A stretch of 64,000 nucleotides of DNA from Octopus vulgaris (GCA_951406725.2 OX597823.1:52080001-52144000), one strand, 5' to 3'; numbered from the stretch's first letter, positions 13,051 through 27,428 are shown. The notes: generated from the sequence alone by a model not told the origin. Made by a program: numbers and translations.

Positions 13051-13860
13051 AGTGTGTTTATGTACCTCGCTCTCTCTCTCACACGTATATATGTGGTGGG
13101 GTTGGGGTATTTAGAAAGAAAGAAAGAAAGAAAGATCCTTCTTGGTCTAAGATGAACCATTTTCTATCACCTAAAGAGTTAATGGTTTGGAAAATTCCAA
13201 TCTTTTAAGAGCTATAGAACCAATAATTGAAATTATTTTTATTTGTTTATTTTATGATGGTTTGAGAGTATCATACAGGTAAACAGAAAATATCTCTTAA
13301 TCAACTCATAAAATACTCTAGAAGTTAATGGAAAATAGTCTTGATGCAGTTCCTGATGAATAAAAATCATTTTGATCATTTATCTGTATGAAGAACCAAC
13401 TCCAGTCTGTGTTTTATTTTTATTGAGAAACATTTACTTATCCCTGAAAGAGTCTATATGGAACTAACAGTGATTGACAGATATATCAAAAATTGTTGTA
13501 GAGAAGCTCTTAGTTAAAATTAGGACATTATGCATACATACAAGACATGTGTACAAAACATACACAACACACATGCATACTGCAAAATATACATCACACA
13601 CACACACACACACATACATACGTACATAAAAGCACTTCATATTCAACTCAGTATGCAATTGAAATGACTACACAACACATGAAATTCGACCATTACATTT
13701 AAAATACTTCATTAGAGAAATTAACTCTTGGTGGTAGGCTAAATCGAGCACCTAATTTAACACTATCACCTGACTCTTGGGTGGCTTTTGTGTAGGGGTC
13801 TCTATTGCAAACGTTTGGGAAAAGTCTCTTGTTTGAGAATAACTGTCACCCTTTTCTTAC

Positions 13861-13874
13861 CAGTTACAGAAAGC
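13861..13874 (-). CDS. Candidate 14-nt microexon
   Basis: TTAATTTTTCAG|GCTTTCTGTAACTG|GTAAGA; one reading (LSVT, phase-1 end) joins in frame to the exon starting at 7920. Confidence 0.25.
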
Positions 13875-14029
13875 CTGAAAAATTAAAGGAATGCTGGGCC
13901 CACCATTCCTTCCATAACTGTTGTTGTTCTTGATGCTGTTGTTATTGTTCAACCATATGTGAACCCTGCTCAATTACAGCTACAAACGTTCTGCCTATTA
14001 TCAAGTTGTGTATGCAGGATTACCTTATT

Positions 14030-14400
14030 TATCTTTTTCATGTTTCAGTTTGTGGGAAAGCTGAGGCAATAGCTTGAAGAATTTTAGTTGAACAAATTGA
14101 CTCCAGTATTGATTTTTCGCAAAGCCTGGTAGTTATTCTATCCATTTCTTTCGTCAAACTACTAAGTGATGGAGACATAAACACATCAAGCAGTGGTGGG
14201 GACAAACAAAGACACACACACATTTATATGCATATACAATGGGCTTCTTTCAGTTTCCATCTACCAAATCCATTCATAAGGTTTTGATCGGCCTGAGGCT
14301 ATAGTTGAAGACACCACCCCAAGGTGCCATGCAGTGGGACTGAACCTGGAACCATGTACTAAGGAAACAAACTTCTTACCATACAGCCATGCTTCAATAC
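14030..14400 (-). mobile_element. SINE family B
   Basis: Diagnostic blocks CTTCTTTCAGTTTCCATCTACC and GGGACTGAACC. Confidence 0.85.
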
Positions 14401-14627
14401 ATCTGTTTTTAAAAAGACCATAAGATTTGATTTGATGCAACTGGAGTTGCTGTTTCTGCAAGGTTTAGACACTATGGAGGATCCCACTTTGGCTCATGAA
14501 ATTAAAAAATAAATATCTTTTGCAATACAATTCATAAGCAGGTATGAAATTTGATGGCTGAAGCTAAAAGAGGTGGAATAATGCTGGTAACCTTCATTAG
14601 CAGTACCAAATTGGATGAAATATATGC

Positions 14628-14848
14628 CATTTAGCATTCAGATTACTCTGTTAAATGTAATGCTTATTTATTGACATTTTAAAAAAATAATCCTGTATTA
14701 TCTTGTAGCCTTAGGATTTCAAAGATGTGATTGTTTATATCTTGAATGACATTGCAGTGTAGATGTAAAAATCTGAATTTGTGCCAGTCTGAACTTAAAA
14801 CAGGTAGAATATTTTGGCTGAACATGGCTAAATGCTGAAGAGTTAACT
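14628..14848. mobile_element. piggyBac-type MITE (family of 3339-3545)
   Basis: TTTAGCATTCAGATTACTCTG...AAATGCTGAAGAGTTAA. Confidence 0.7.
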
Positions 14849-15057
14849 GAATTTCTGTAGTTGGATTCTCCTGGGAAAGTATCAGCAGAGTTAAGAATGG
14901 CAATCGAAAGGATAGTGGATCTAAGCAACATGAATTAAATGAAGGATTCAGTTAAGGATTTATGGAGTGAGACTCAGTTGAGATAACAAAAGGAGAAGAG
15001 ATGGATGTTTTGAGTGTAATTAGGTGGATGTTTATGGTAATTTAGAGAAGAAAGAAA

Positions 15058-15890
15058 GGCAGCAAGCTGGAAGAACCATTAGTCTGATGAACAAAATGCT
15101 TGGCAGCATTTTGTTCTTCTTTATGCTCAGATTCTGCTGAGATCAACTTTGCTTCCTTTTGGAGTCAATAAAGTAAGAACCAGTTGATTTTGGGGGTGGG
15201 GGTTTCAATTTTATCAACTTACCTCTTCCTCAAATTGCTGATCCTGTAGCAAAATAGAAATGATTATGAATTTAAGGCAGTGAGCTGGCAGAAATGTTAG
15301 CGCACCGGGCAAAATGCTTAGTGGTATTTCGTCTGCCGTTACGTTCTGAGTTCAAATTCCGCCGAGGTCAACTTTGCCTTTCATCCTTTTGGGGTCGATA
15401 AATAAAGAGCCTGTTATGCGCTGGGGTCAATGTAATCGACTTAATTCCTTTGTCTGTCCTTGTTCATCCCCTTTATGTTTAGCCCCTTGTGGGCAATAAA
15501 GAAATAAGAAATGATTATGAATCTAGGTAAGACAAATTAAATAAAAGGTTGAGTTTAGGATTTATGGAATGAGACTCAATTGAGATAGTGAGAGGAGAAG
15601 AGATGGATGCTTCGAGTGTGATTGTGTGGATGTGTGTGCTAATTTAGTGAAGCAGGTAAGGTAGCAAGCTGGCAGAATCATTAGCATGCTAGGCAAAATG
15701 CTTAGCAGCATTTCATCCATTTTTACATTCTGAGTTCAAATTCTGCTTAGGTCAACTTTACCTTTCATCCTATCGGGGCCAATAAAATAAGTAACTGCTG
15801 ATTTCTGGGGGGGGGGGGGGGAATGGGGTTGATGTAATCAACTTACCCTTCCCTTGAAATTGTTGGTACTGTACCAACATTTGAAACTAG
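15058..15890 (+). mobile_element. Three tandem SINE family A copies; the middle one has a 16-bp TSD
   Basis: Copies at about 15058-15262, 15272-15506 (TSD AGAAATGATTATGAAT at 15256-15271 and 15507-15522) and 15657-15890. Confidence 0.9.
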
Positions 15891-16329
15891 TTTAGAGAAG
15901 CAAGTGCTGTTGTATAGCAGAGTGCTTTTGTGAGCAAAGATGTTGTAGTAAGACAGCAAGCAGTGCTCAAATGTAGACTGAATTTGAAATTTGCAAAGGT
16001 CTATCAATTGACCACGACTAATGCTGAAATAGTTTGGTTTAGTGATACAAGGGAATTCATTGTGATTACTTTTTAGGTCTAGTTATTGAAAAAGCAAGTT
16101 TTGTCTTCCATCCTTCTTAAGTGAATGAAATAAATAATCCAGCATTAATGTTGACTAAATCAGTGACCATAGCTTACTACATAGTCGTGGTCTTATTCCT
16201 GTCTTAAAAATCATACAGGATCTGGGAAAGAAATTTGATGGTTTTTAAAATTAAAACTCTTTGATTGACACAGCTTGGGTGGGGAGGAACATACAGTGGT
16301 GTTGAGTAGCACATGTGATACTATTTCAG

Positions 16330-17145
16330 TGGCTATGAAGTAGTAGAACATACAACATTGGGCTGGTGTAATCCAAATGTTTTTGAAAGAGTTGATTCAG
16401 CTTTTCAGATGCCGGGAAATTCTTTTCCATTTTGAAGTGGGCTATCAAGAAAAGGTTTTTGAACTGAACACAGTATTTTTATGGAAAGAGAACAAGAAAT
16501 GTGCACACTGTCTAAATATCAGAGAATATTGAAACCCATTGGTGAGTTGTGGTGAACAGTCCCTTTCATCCTGCATCAAATTATGGCTCTGCACTGGGCA
16601 TTTATTTCAGATCATAATACGTAAAAGATATAGCCCCTTGATTTAAATTTATTTTTACAAGATTCTAATTATGCAATGAATAAATCAACAAGATTGGCAA
16701 AGCTGGAAAGAATTTGCAGAAAACATGTTCATAATTTAGAAAGAGGACACGGTTTTTCTCAGAAGGGACAAAACACATTTCTACCCAGTTGTATAGATAA
16801 ATAAAACTTCCCCTATCAGCTGGACAACAATCCACAGCAACCTCATGAGTGTCCTCTTCATTGTGAGCATGTTGCTCTGAGGAAACCTTTGCTGTGATAG
16901 GCCCAGATTCCTTTGAAGAAAGTGGGCATGCAGTAACAAGGATTTCTTGATCACTATCTGCTCCATGCTATGTAGTTTAGTATTCTCAGAATTGAACACA
17001 TGCAGCATTAACACATGGTATATATGGGTTCAGTGAGACAGTTCAAGCTTCCATAGACATTCTTTAAATAATATTTGCCAACCATGTCATTTCCCAAAGT
17101 GGTGATAGGTCATGTGTTCTTTGATCTCCTAAACTGTGACAATCT
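16330..17145 (+). mobile_element. Decayed Tc1/IS630-type transposase relic
   Basis: FYKILIMQ*INQQDWQSWKEFA (PYKIQLVQEL..D...R..F), AVIGPDSFEE (IIGPYFFE), HVISQSGDRS..SPKL (ISR.GD..WPPRSPDL). Confidence 0.6.
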
Positions 17146-17309
17146 TGCAGAGCATTGGGCAACATCCTACATGTAAGGCAACATCCTACATGTACACAGT
17201 GTGTAAGCCCCATCAAGCCTTACTTCTGGATGTTTGGGGAGTGTCCAATCAGAGGACCCACACAGTAACCTTGATTTCACAAAAGCATAGAAGAAACTTC
17301 TGTTAAGAA

Positions 17310-17623
17310 CATTTTTTCGTTTGTTCCTTCTCGAGCCATGCCTGGCTCATAAGGACCGGTTTCCCAGTTTCCTTGGCGTATAGGTTCCCCACCTGGCCGG
17401 GATGCCAGTCCGTCACAGGTGAGCTGCAAGATGCAGGAGGAAAGAGTAAGAGAAAGTTGTGGTGAAAGAGTCAGCAGTAGTTTGCCATTACCTTCTGCCG
17501 GAGCCGTGTGGAGCTTAGGTGTTTCGCTCATAAACACACACACATCGCCCAGTCTGAGATTCTAACCCACGATCCCTTGATCGTGAGTCCACCGCTCTAA
17601 CCATTAGGCCATGTGCCTCTACT
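17310..17623 (-). mobile_element. tRNA-headed SINE (family C-related) with 9-bp TSD
   Basis: Head GGCACATGGCCTAATGGTTAGAGCGG..GGTTAGAATC; TSD TGTTAAGAA at 17301-17309 and 17624-17632. Confidence 0.9.
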
Positions 17624-19449
17624 TGTTAAGAAGTTTAGCTCATGATGATGCCACCAGATAAAATGCCTTGTGGCATTTCATCCATTTATATATTCTGAGC
17701 CCCAAATCTGCCAAAGTCAACCTTGCCTTTCATCCTTTCTGGGTTGATAAAATAAGTACCAATTAAGCAATGGGGCTAAAGTTATTGACAAGCCCTTTCC
17801 CACCAAATTTCAGGCCTTCTGCCTGTAGTGGAAGAGACTAGCTTATGATGACTTCAATATGACACCCAGGGCATCAAGAACAGTCCATGCTTTTGTGAGA
17901 TGAATTTTTACATCCTACTCTGTAGGTAGGATATGTTTCATATAATTCTATTACTGAGCTGCTAGAAACAGATACCAGACAATCTGGCAATGTTATCTGA
18001 GCAGACAGGCATTCCAAATCACCACTTCCAATATGAAGCTGAGATAGATATAATGTCGAAAGTTGGAATAACATGTAGAAAGGCTTACCTTATAAATTAC
18101 TGAAAGGGTTTTCCTGTGTATTTTAAATGGACCTTTAATTTTACACAATTTTATTGACTGATCCTTTAGGAATAAATACTAAATTGTCTGGCAATGTTTG
18201 CTCTCATTTCTTGAATTCCTAGAAGTATGTTTTCTTAATAGAGACCCATGATAATCCACTCAAAGGCATGAGATATTTACAGTTTTTTTTTTCTTTATAT
18301 TGGCACCTACTTAGAGTAAAGTAGACTTAAGAGTCTTGAATAAGGATACAATGCATAACCAATGATGTTATAAGAACGCTGGACCTTTCAGTTACCAGTT
18401 CAGCATACTATCAACTTAAGTAGTTGCACCTCTTTAAATAGAGGGATCAAGAAAGGAGAAGAGAGAGAGAGACAGAGGCAGACAGACAGACAGAGACAGA
18501 TGGAAGCAGAGAGAGACAAAAAGTCAGAAAAGTAAGGAGAATAAGATAGAGATAGAGATAGAGAGAAGGAAAGAGAGGATATATTTGTATATGTGAGAAC
18601 TTGCATGAGCATGTGTGTGTGTGAGTATGTGTATGCATGTTTGCATGTGTGTGTATATCTAATCTGAGTAGTTTACTTTGGTTATTGTTGTTGTTGTTGC
18701 TGTTAACATTGTTGCAATTAATGTTGTTGTTGCGATTAATGTTGCTGCTGCTACTGCTGCTGCTGATGGATAAATTGAATGAAGGATGCTTAAGAGAAAG
18801 GATAAAAATAAGCAAGTTCATTAAAAGAGCATAAGAATATATTTATGGCAACCTATTATTTCTGCACCCCCCACCACTTTCCATTAACATGTGGGACCCA
18901 GTGGTCAGTTATGGTGTGTTGGATAATACTGCTTAGTGTTCTTAGACTGCTCCCCTTTGTTTACTAAAGCTCCCTTCACCACCCTGTTCCATTCATTGCC
19001 CACCCTTCTTTATACACCTCCACCACCACCACCACCACCACCACTACCATCGCCAACATCAACAGCAAATAACAACAACCTCCACTCTAAAACTGCTCTC
19101 ACCTCCTCTCCCCTCCGTCAGCACCAGCCATCTTCCCATTATAATCTTTCCTGCTCTGACAACCATTTTCTATTGAATTGACTTTCATAATTACATTCTA
19201 CTCAAGAAACTAATTCCTATTTTGAGTCAGTTGGTATTTAGTACTGTCAGATTGGTATCTGTCAGAATAGAGTCTGCAGTTTCAAACTCTCCTCTGGGAT
19301 CATGCCCGATGAACCTTAGTCAGTTTCCATAGGTACCGTTATATAGTAGTATTGTTGTGTTTGTATTATTCACTAAGTCTTATATCAAAGTGGAAGGGAG
19401 CTGAGGTGGTGTGCTGAGGATGGTAGACTTATTTGGAACTGGAATAGAG

Positions 19450-19579
19450 TGTGTATATGAGTATAGGTTAATGCATGTATGTGTTTGTGCATATAGATTT
19501 ATATGTAAGTACATATGTATGTATGTGTGTATCTTTGTAGTTATTTATTTTTGTGTGTATGTATTAATATAGGTATGTA

Positions 19580-19631
<52 letters not shown>

Positions 19632-19830
19632 TGAATATATATATACATATATATGTATGTATATATGTGTGTGTAATTGTATATGTATGTTTTTATGTAA
19701 ATATATATATATATGTATGTATGTATGTTTGCATATATATATATATATAGGCATGTATGCATGTATGTATATATATATGTGTGTGTGTATATATGTATGT
19801 ATGAAAGCTATGAGAGAAAGAGAGAGAGAT
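19450..19830. repeat. (TA/TG)n compound microsatellite
   Basis: Seen directly. Confidence 0.95.
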
Positions 19831-20444
19831 AGCTAGTGGGGGGGAGATAAAACTAGCGACCAGTAACCACTAAGCTACCATACTTCACATCCTGTCACCT
19901 CTCACCATCACTCCGTCTTTAAATATACATATCAGAAGAAAGAAAAAGGGGGCACAATTGAATGGGTGGGTTTTGGAGTGTTATGGGTCGGTGTTGGGGC
20001 CCGGTGTTGGGGTTGGGGTTTGGATTGGGTCGGTTTGGTTTGGTTTGGTTTCACTTTTCCTTGGAATGAGAGCGGGTGGGTCAGATCGGGATGTGATGGG
20101 GGTGAGAAAGGGAGAAGAAGGGAAGGGAAACAAGGGACGGGTTGGTAGGGAGAGATGATAGTAAAGAGGTCCTGGGAACTTATGACCCAATGCAATGACC
20201 ATGAAGGAAATCTTGACCTTATGCCATAAAACAAAAGCAGGCTGGACATAAGAGATAGTGACGGCTGAATTCTTTCCCAAAGTGTGGCCAGCAGAGCATA
20301 CTGACAGAACGGCAGCTGGGGAATGGGTGGGTGGGGGAGGAACATCAATGTCATTATCATCATAATCAACATTGGTGGCGGCAGCAGTGGCAGGCAGAAG
20401 AATCCTGGAATGAGCATGTCAACTGCCTTGTTAGGATAGCTGAG

Positions 20445-21324
20445 ATAGAAAGTGTATAGGATGAGAGTGAGAGGGGGAGGAGACTGGAGTGAGAGAAAGA
20501 TTGAGAGAGAGAGAGAGATGGAAAGGGTGAGAGAGGATGAGAGTGAGTGGGAGAAAGAGGAAGAGGTGGGGGAGAATGGAGAAAGAGATTCAGAAGTGAG
20601 ACAGTAGAGTGATAAAGAAGATGGAGACGTGGAGAATTTGAGAAGTGAGAGAGAGAGAGAAAGAGAGAAGAGGTGAGAGGGAGAGAGAGAAGGAGAAGAG
20701 AGAGAGAGAGAGAGAAAGTGGAGGGTGAGAAAGAGAGATAGAGAGATTGAGTAATGAGAGAATTATTGGTATGACTGAGGAGTAAATTGAGGAGAAAAAA
20801 GAGAGACTGATAAAGAAAGAGTATGGGAGTAAGGGAGAAAGAAAGAAAGAAAGAAAAAGAAAGAACGAAAGAGAAACAAAAATAGGGCAAGTGTATGTGT
20901 GTGTGGGAGAGAGAGAGAGGAGAAAGAGAAAGAGATAGACTGCAGAGTGAGTAAGTGACAGAGAAGATGTGAAGGCTGCAAAATTGAGAAGTAAGAAAGA
21001 GAAGAAAAGAGAGGGAGGAGAAAGACGGAGTAGAGAGAAAGGGGAGAGAGAGAGCCAGAAAGGGAGAGAGTGTAAAAGAAATAGTGTACTGAAATAAACA
21101 GAATGGAATGAAAGAGAGAGAGGGAGAGAAAGAGAGAGAGAGAAGGGGGGAAATGGTTAAGGAAGAATTGAAATAAAGTGATTAGAGTTTGCAAGAAAGT
21201 GGATAAATGAGAGAAGGAGATGGATTGAGGAGTTTGACAGGGTGATAAACAAGAGGCAGAGGTGGATAAATTGATGAGAACTGAAATAGAGAATAGGAAG
21301 GAGAGAGAGAGAGAAAGAGAGAAA

Positions 21325-21364
<40 letters not shown>

Positions 21365-21439
21365 GACAGGCAGACAGACGGGCATAGATAGACAGGACAC
21401 TAGGATGGTTAGAAAATCAAAGAAAATGATATACATACA

Positions 21440-21495
<56 letters not shown>

Positions 21496-21517
21496 ATACA
21501 CGTACATATATGTACAT

Positions 21518-21575
<58 letters not shown>

Positions 21576-21620
21576 TATATATACAAACATATACTTAAAC
21601 ACGTGTGTTTATGCATACAC

Positions 21621-21674
<54 letters not shown>

Positions 21675-22398
21675 ATGTATATGTATGTATATGAATAAAT
21701 GAAACAGAAGAGAGATGATGGAGAGACAGATGGGACAGAATGTGATGGGGGAAAAGTAGAATTTGATGAAAATATGCAGATGATGATGAGGTAATGAGTG
21801 TTGATGAAGAGGAGGGGCAATGAAAGTGTTGCTATGTATCATAAAATTGAAGAGGGGTAGGTAGAGATGCTGAAGAAGAGAATATAGAGGTGGTTTTATA
21901 GAAGCAAAGTGAGAGTGGGAGGAAAGTTTAAGCTATGGAAATAAAGTTCGGTGGGATGAGAGAAAATTGATAGTGAGGGGAAGAAGCGTGGGTGGGGGAT
22001 ATGAATGATTGAGGGGAGGTATACAAACAGAGGCAAAGGAGGGGAAGATGATGTTGTGAAAGTGAGTGTGAAAGTGGATGGGGTGGGATATCATGTAGGA
22101 GAGTAGAGGGTGTTGGTATAAGAAGAGTAGAGATTGAAAAGGGGAAGCGAGGGAGGTATGTAAAGTTTGGAGTAGAAGGAGGAGTTAGGTGCAGTGTGGA
22201 AGTAAAATTGTGCAATGCAAATTAAAGGTGTTGGAAAGAGGATAGAAGCTAGAAGTGGTGGAAGATGAGAGAACATGAAAGTGAAAGTAGGAGGGGGATG
22301 GATAAAAGGTAGATGACAAGAAGGATGAGGAGGAGGAGGATAAATAAAGAATAAAGAGTGAGTAAGTGAGAAGGAAAAGGATAAACAGTAATGAATAT

Positions 22399-22445
<47 letters not shown>

Positions 22446-22620
22446 GAAAGAGGTGCATTAAACTTGAGATTTGCAACTGTGGTGGAGGTGGAGAATTAGT
22501 AGAGTGCAGGTATTGATGTTAGTGGGAGGGATTAGTGAACAGTAAAGATAGAAGCTGTGAGGAATGTGTAAGGGATGGGGCAGGGAACAGGTATGCTGGG
22601 AATGAAAGGTGGACAGTGGA
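20445..22620. repeat. Long purine-rich (GA) low-complexity tract interrupted by (TA)/(CA)/(TG) microsatellites at 21430-21695
   Basis: Seen directly. Confidence 0.9.
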
Positions 22621-23931
22621 AGTGCTTAGCAAAAACAAAAAAGGATAATTAATGAATTTACTAGTGCTTGACTGAGCATTTGAAATGATGTTCACATCAT
22701 TAGCTTCCAGCTTCCTGCAAGATGTAATTTAAATATTCACATAGTCAAGCCTCTCAGTGAACTGGAGTTTGCTAGTTTCCTATCTAATACACTTACATGG
22801 CTTCCCAAAAGCCATTCTAAATATAAATCCAGATAATTAAACCAAACTTCTGAATGTTTAAAAAGGTAGAGAAAGTGAAGTGTGAAATAGTCTGGTGTAT
22901 ATGTTCTAAGACGACTGATTAATGGGTCCTGAGTTCAAATCTACTGCAGGTGTATTATCAGGCTTCTTGACAGGGTTCTCAATCCAGCATTGTTATAGTT
23001 TATCCAGCTTTAGAAAAATTAATTGTAGTAAAGCTTGGAGAAGTTTTCTGTAATAGACTAGTGACCTATCCTAGAGAAAAGTAGCATGTGAGGAAAGCAC
23101 TCTATGTTCTGTTTATTGTAAGTCCCTTCATCTCATGTATTTCTCTTCATTTAGTAACCTACTCTGGGGAAAATGTATTATATTAATCAAGAAAATGGTG
23201 ACAAAAAAAAATACAATGTGATTTTAAATATTGTAGCATTATGTCATAGAATTCTATGTATTTCTGCAGTTCTGTTTGTTGAAAAGATTCTATGTTTGTT
23301 GAACACTGCAACACACTGCAAACTTAGAATATATTGGGACCAGACTTGTGAAAGAGCTTGTAAAAAATACAGTGGAAATGTTTTAAAGTAATGAATAAAG
23401 AACAACAAATAAATCAGGCAAAACTTCAATATGTTACAAAATCTATTTGATATTTCATTGTAGGTCTTTTTATTCTTTTCCACAAATAATGCTGGTCTCA
23501 GCAGATCCATGGGAGTTCAAATTGTGGGGATCCACAAGCAAAAATAGTAAAATAAGGATCCACAGTAGTAGTTTAAGAATCCATGTAAAGGAATTTTGCT
23601 TTTATATGTATTTATCGCAAGAAACAGCAAGATTTCTTTCTCTTACATAATTTATCATGTTTCCAGCCACTGAAACATGTTCTCACTTGTAAGTGTAGAA
23701 AAAAAATTGAATGTAAATTTATAAAGAAACATGAATAAGGTAAATAGATTGCAGTAAAGATTAGCCATTGATGCATAAGGACTCAAAAAATACTTTGGGC
23801 AAAGATAAATATTCCGACCTTAGTAGATAAATAGATATCTGGGAAATGATTCACTGAAAATGATGATAATGATGCTGGTGGCTGTGGCAGCTGTGGTAGC
23901 AGCGGCGATGGCAGAGGCAGTGGCAGCAGCC

Positions 23932-24145
23932 CTTTCTATTATAGGCACAAGGCCTGAAATTTGGGGGGAGGAAATTTGTTGATTACATCAACTCCAGTGC
24001 ACAACTGGTACTTATTTCATTAACATTGAAAGGATGAAAGGCAAAATCAATCTCGGCAGTATCCAAACTCAGAACGTAAAAATGGATGAAATACCACTAA
24101 GCATTTTGCCCATTGGGTTAATGATTTTGCTTGCTCACCACCTGA
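23932..24145 (-). mobile_element. SINE family A
   Basis: AGGCACAAGGCCTGAAATTT tail and GAAAGGATGAAAGGCAAA core; abuts (TAA)n. Confidence 0.85.
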
Positions 24146-24165
24146 ATAATAATAATAATAATAAC

Positions 24166-24204
<39 letters not shown>

Positions 24205-24430
24205 CACCACCATTACCATCATCATTATCATCATCACCATCACCATCACCACCATCATCATCAATGATATTGTTTTATGTGTAGTCACAGCAGTATCTTA
24301 TTATTGTTATTTTTGTTTTTTTATCATTATCACCATCACAGTAGCGTCTGTCTGTCTCGTTGGCTGGCTTGGTGGTTGGCTGGCTGACTGTCTTCAACAC
24401 CAAGCAAATTTGAAAGAAGAAAAAAAAAAG

Positions 24431-24465
<35 letters not shown>

Positions 24466-24509
24466 CTAATAATAATAATAATAATAATAATAGTGATAAT
24501 AATAATAAT

Positions 24510-25280
24510 TCATTATTTTATTAGCCACAAGGCCTCACATACAAAAACATTAAATGGCATTAAAGAATATAACAGACAAAAGCAGGATGATACAATGGGT
24601 TTTCCATATGTAAACAATATAAATGACAATAAAAAAATTAAACAAATTGAAGCTCCTAATAGGGTAGCCACCTTAAGATCCTCATGGAAAACCCCACAAA
24701 ATCCATGGGTGTCTAAATAACAGGGTAAGAGCCCTTCTCTTTTGATTCACCTTTTATAAGTGCATGTTCCGAATTGGTCCTTTCATACTGGCTGCTCTTC
24801 CTACATCCACCCACCCTTCAACAAACTTGCCATAAGGCAACACTTCCCTCTCCACCCTCAACTTTTTTTGCAAGTGAAACTTGTAAAAGTTGATGAGGGC
24901 TTGGTCAAAGAGGTAAGTGTCCGTCTTTAGCCCTTTTGAAACGAGTCCACCATACTACCTCTTTTGCTACAGCTACTAAACAAATAAAAAATTGCCTGCC
25001 CCTCCCAACCAAAAGATGGTGCCAGGGCAATCTTCACAATGGATTCAGCTGATAGCCAGATCATGACAGCAGGTGGTTCAACATAAGTCTACAGGTCAGC
25101 AATATTCAGACACTAAACTAGCATATGCAGAATGGTTTCATCGTTCTCGGGGCACCTGTAAAGTTTATCCCGAACAGGCAGCGCTCCTTGGTAGCATTGC
25201 CAGGCAAAGGATTTCTGGAAGTTAGCCATAGGCCCTGGCCTGAAAATTCCCCGAAACAGATCGGTTAGCTGAACTTCATC
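24510..25280 (-). mobile_element. 5'-truncated L1/Tx1-like LINE 3' end (zinc-knuckle region and 3' UTR)
   Basis: FQKSFAWQCYQGALPVRDKLYR..C..DETILH..C; AATAAA near the 3' end; (TAA)n on both sides. Confidence 0.8.
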
Positions 25281-25313
<33 letters not shown>

Positions 25314-25314
<1 letters not shown>

Positions 25315-25543
25315 TATTTCTTTATTACCCACAAGGGGCTAAACATAGAGGGGACAAACAAGGACAAAGTATTAAGTCGATTATATCGACCCCAGTGCGT
25401 AACTGGTACTTAATTTATCGACCCCGAAAGGATGAAAGGCAAAGTCGACCTCGGCGGAATTTGAACTCAGAACGTAACGGCAGACAAAATATCGCTACGC
25501 ATTTTGCCCGGCTTATTAACGTTTCTGCCAACTCGCCGCCTTC
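25314..25543 (-). mobile_element. SINE family A, young copy
   Basis: CpGs largely retained (AAAGTCGACCTCGGCGGAATTTGAAC); flanked by (TAA)n. Confidence 0.95.
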
Positions 25544-25544
25544 A

Positions 25545-25569
25545 TAATAATAATAATAATAATAATAGT

Positions 25570-25658
<89 letters not shown>

Positions 25659-25665
25659 CAGCAGC

Positions 25666-25751
<86 letters not shown>

Positions 25752-25772
25752 CAGTAGTAGTAGTAGTAATAA
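25545..25772. repeat. (TAA)/(CAG)/(TAG)n compound microsatellite
   Basis: Seen directly. Confidence 0.95.
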
Positions 25773-25989
25773 AGGAAAATAATGACCAAGTTAATAATAC
25801 TAACAGGATTTTGACATTAAAATCTGAATGAAGTAAAGCAAAATTAAATATTGTAAGTCTTTTAGTTTCAAGCTCTTCATTCTGATATTCTACCATTTTC
25901 AAATAGAGAATGATAAAGGGTACATATGTGGGGGAGAGCATAAAAATTGAAATGACTAAGGAGACACAGTAGATGAAAACTGTTTTAAA

Positions 25990-26390
25990 ACTCTCTCTCT
26001 CTCTTTTACTCTTTTACTGCTTTCAGTCATTTGACTGTGGCCATGCTGGAGTACTGCCTTTAGTCAAGCAAATCGACCCCAGGACTTATTCTTTGTAAGC
26101 CTAGTACTTATTCTTATTCTATCGGTCACTTTTGCTGAACTGCTAAGTGACGGGGACATAAACACACCAGCATCGGTTGTCAAGCAATGCTAGGGGGACA
26201 AACACAGACACACAAACATACACACACACATATATATACATATATATGACAGGCTTCTTTCAGTTTCCATCTACCAAATCTGCACACAAGGCTTTGGTTG
26301 GCCCGAGGCTATAGTAGAAGACACTTGCCCAAGGTGCCACGCAGTGGGACTGAAACTGGAACCATGTGGTTGGTAAGCAAGCTACTTACG
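25990..26390 (-). mobile_element. SINE family B
   Basis: Near full-length match to 7960-8570. Confidence 0.9.
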
Positions 26391-27036
26391 AGGAATCTAA
26401 ATCTATAATAGGAGTTTTAGTGGGTTTTTTTGTTAAAGTAAATGCATCATTAACTTGGTATGTGCTTATCAGTTTAGCCATCAATCAAAAGTTGAAGCCT
26501 GACCTAAATACACATACGCACAAAACACACACATGGCTGAGTGGTTAGAGTATTGCCCTTGTGATCACAAGATCCAGGTTTTGGTTCCTGAGCTCAGTGA
26601 TGTGTTGCATGCTTGAGCACAGCATCTGGATATGTGAATATCTGAATATGTGCCACATCATGCACCTGTACAGGTAATGTTGATTTGATCACTGTAAACA
26701 AATAATTAATTAACAGAGACAGAAGCAATAGCAAAAGCAAACGGTAATAGTTATCTCCCGCTTAAAGTGAATGTCATGTTAAAAGATAAAATACTGTGTT
26801 GTTTACCATGAGGAAACGTCTCATTTGGACTTGTGGTGCATAAAACCGGTCATGTTTACATTGCAAGTGAGCAACTATGGAACCATTCACTGGAACTGCC
26901 AGATTACCGGATTTTGGCATTCCTTGGCTTTGTCAATGACAAACGTCAGATCATCTGTACAAGACATACAGCAAGAAATTGTGGAACCTCCATTTGCTGT
27001 CTACAACAGGAGAGTCTGTGATATATATACATACAT

Positions 27037-27092
<56 letters not shown>

Positions 27093-27117
27093 GTATATAT
27101 ATATATATATACATAAC

Positions 27118-27428
27118 TTATAAATAAGGGCAAACGAAAAAATTTCTAATGCCAAATATGCCAAAATTGGAACTATTGTCCATAACCATATAATTTTTCA
27201 CAATACGCACACTACTCGGAAAAAGGTCGACAGAAATTTCTAAAAAATTCCATTATTACCATATCGGACCGATTTCAGGGTTAGTTCATAAGAACCCTCC
27301 GTTCGTCAGTGATATTTGGCATTAGAAATTTTTTCGTTTGCCCTTATTTATAATTTTAACCTTTAAAGGTATTTTTTAATATGCTGGCCATTGATAAAAT
27401 TTTTTTTCGAAAAAATTTTATCCTACAT

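Noticed and set aside
18089-18113. 25-nt minus-strand microexon with a strong donor
   Set aside because: Poor polypyrimidine tract and not phase-consistent with the proposed downstream exon chain
20160-20330. Possible Neptune-type GIY-YIG remnant on the minus strand
   Set aside because: Only a vague SAGH..LG..FP resemblance; too decayed to call
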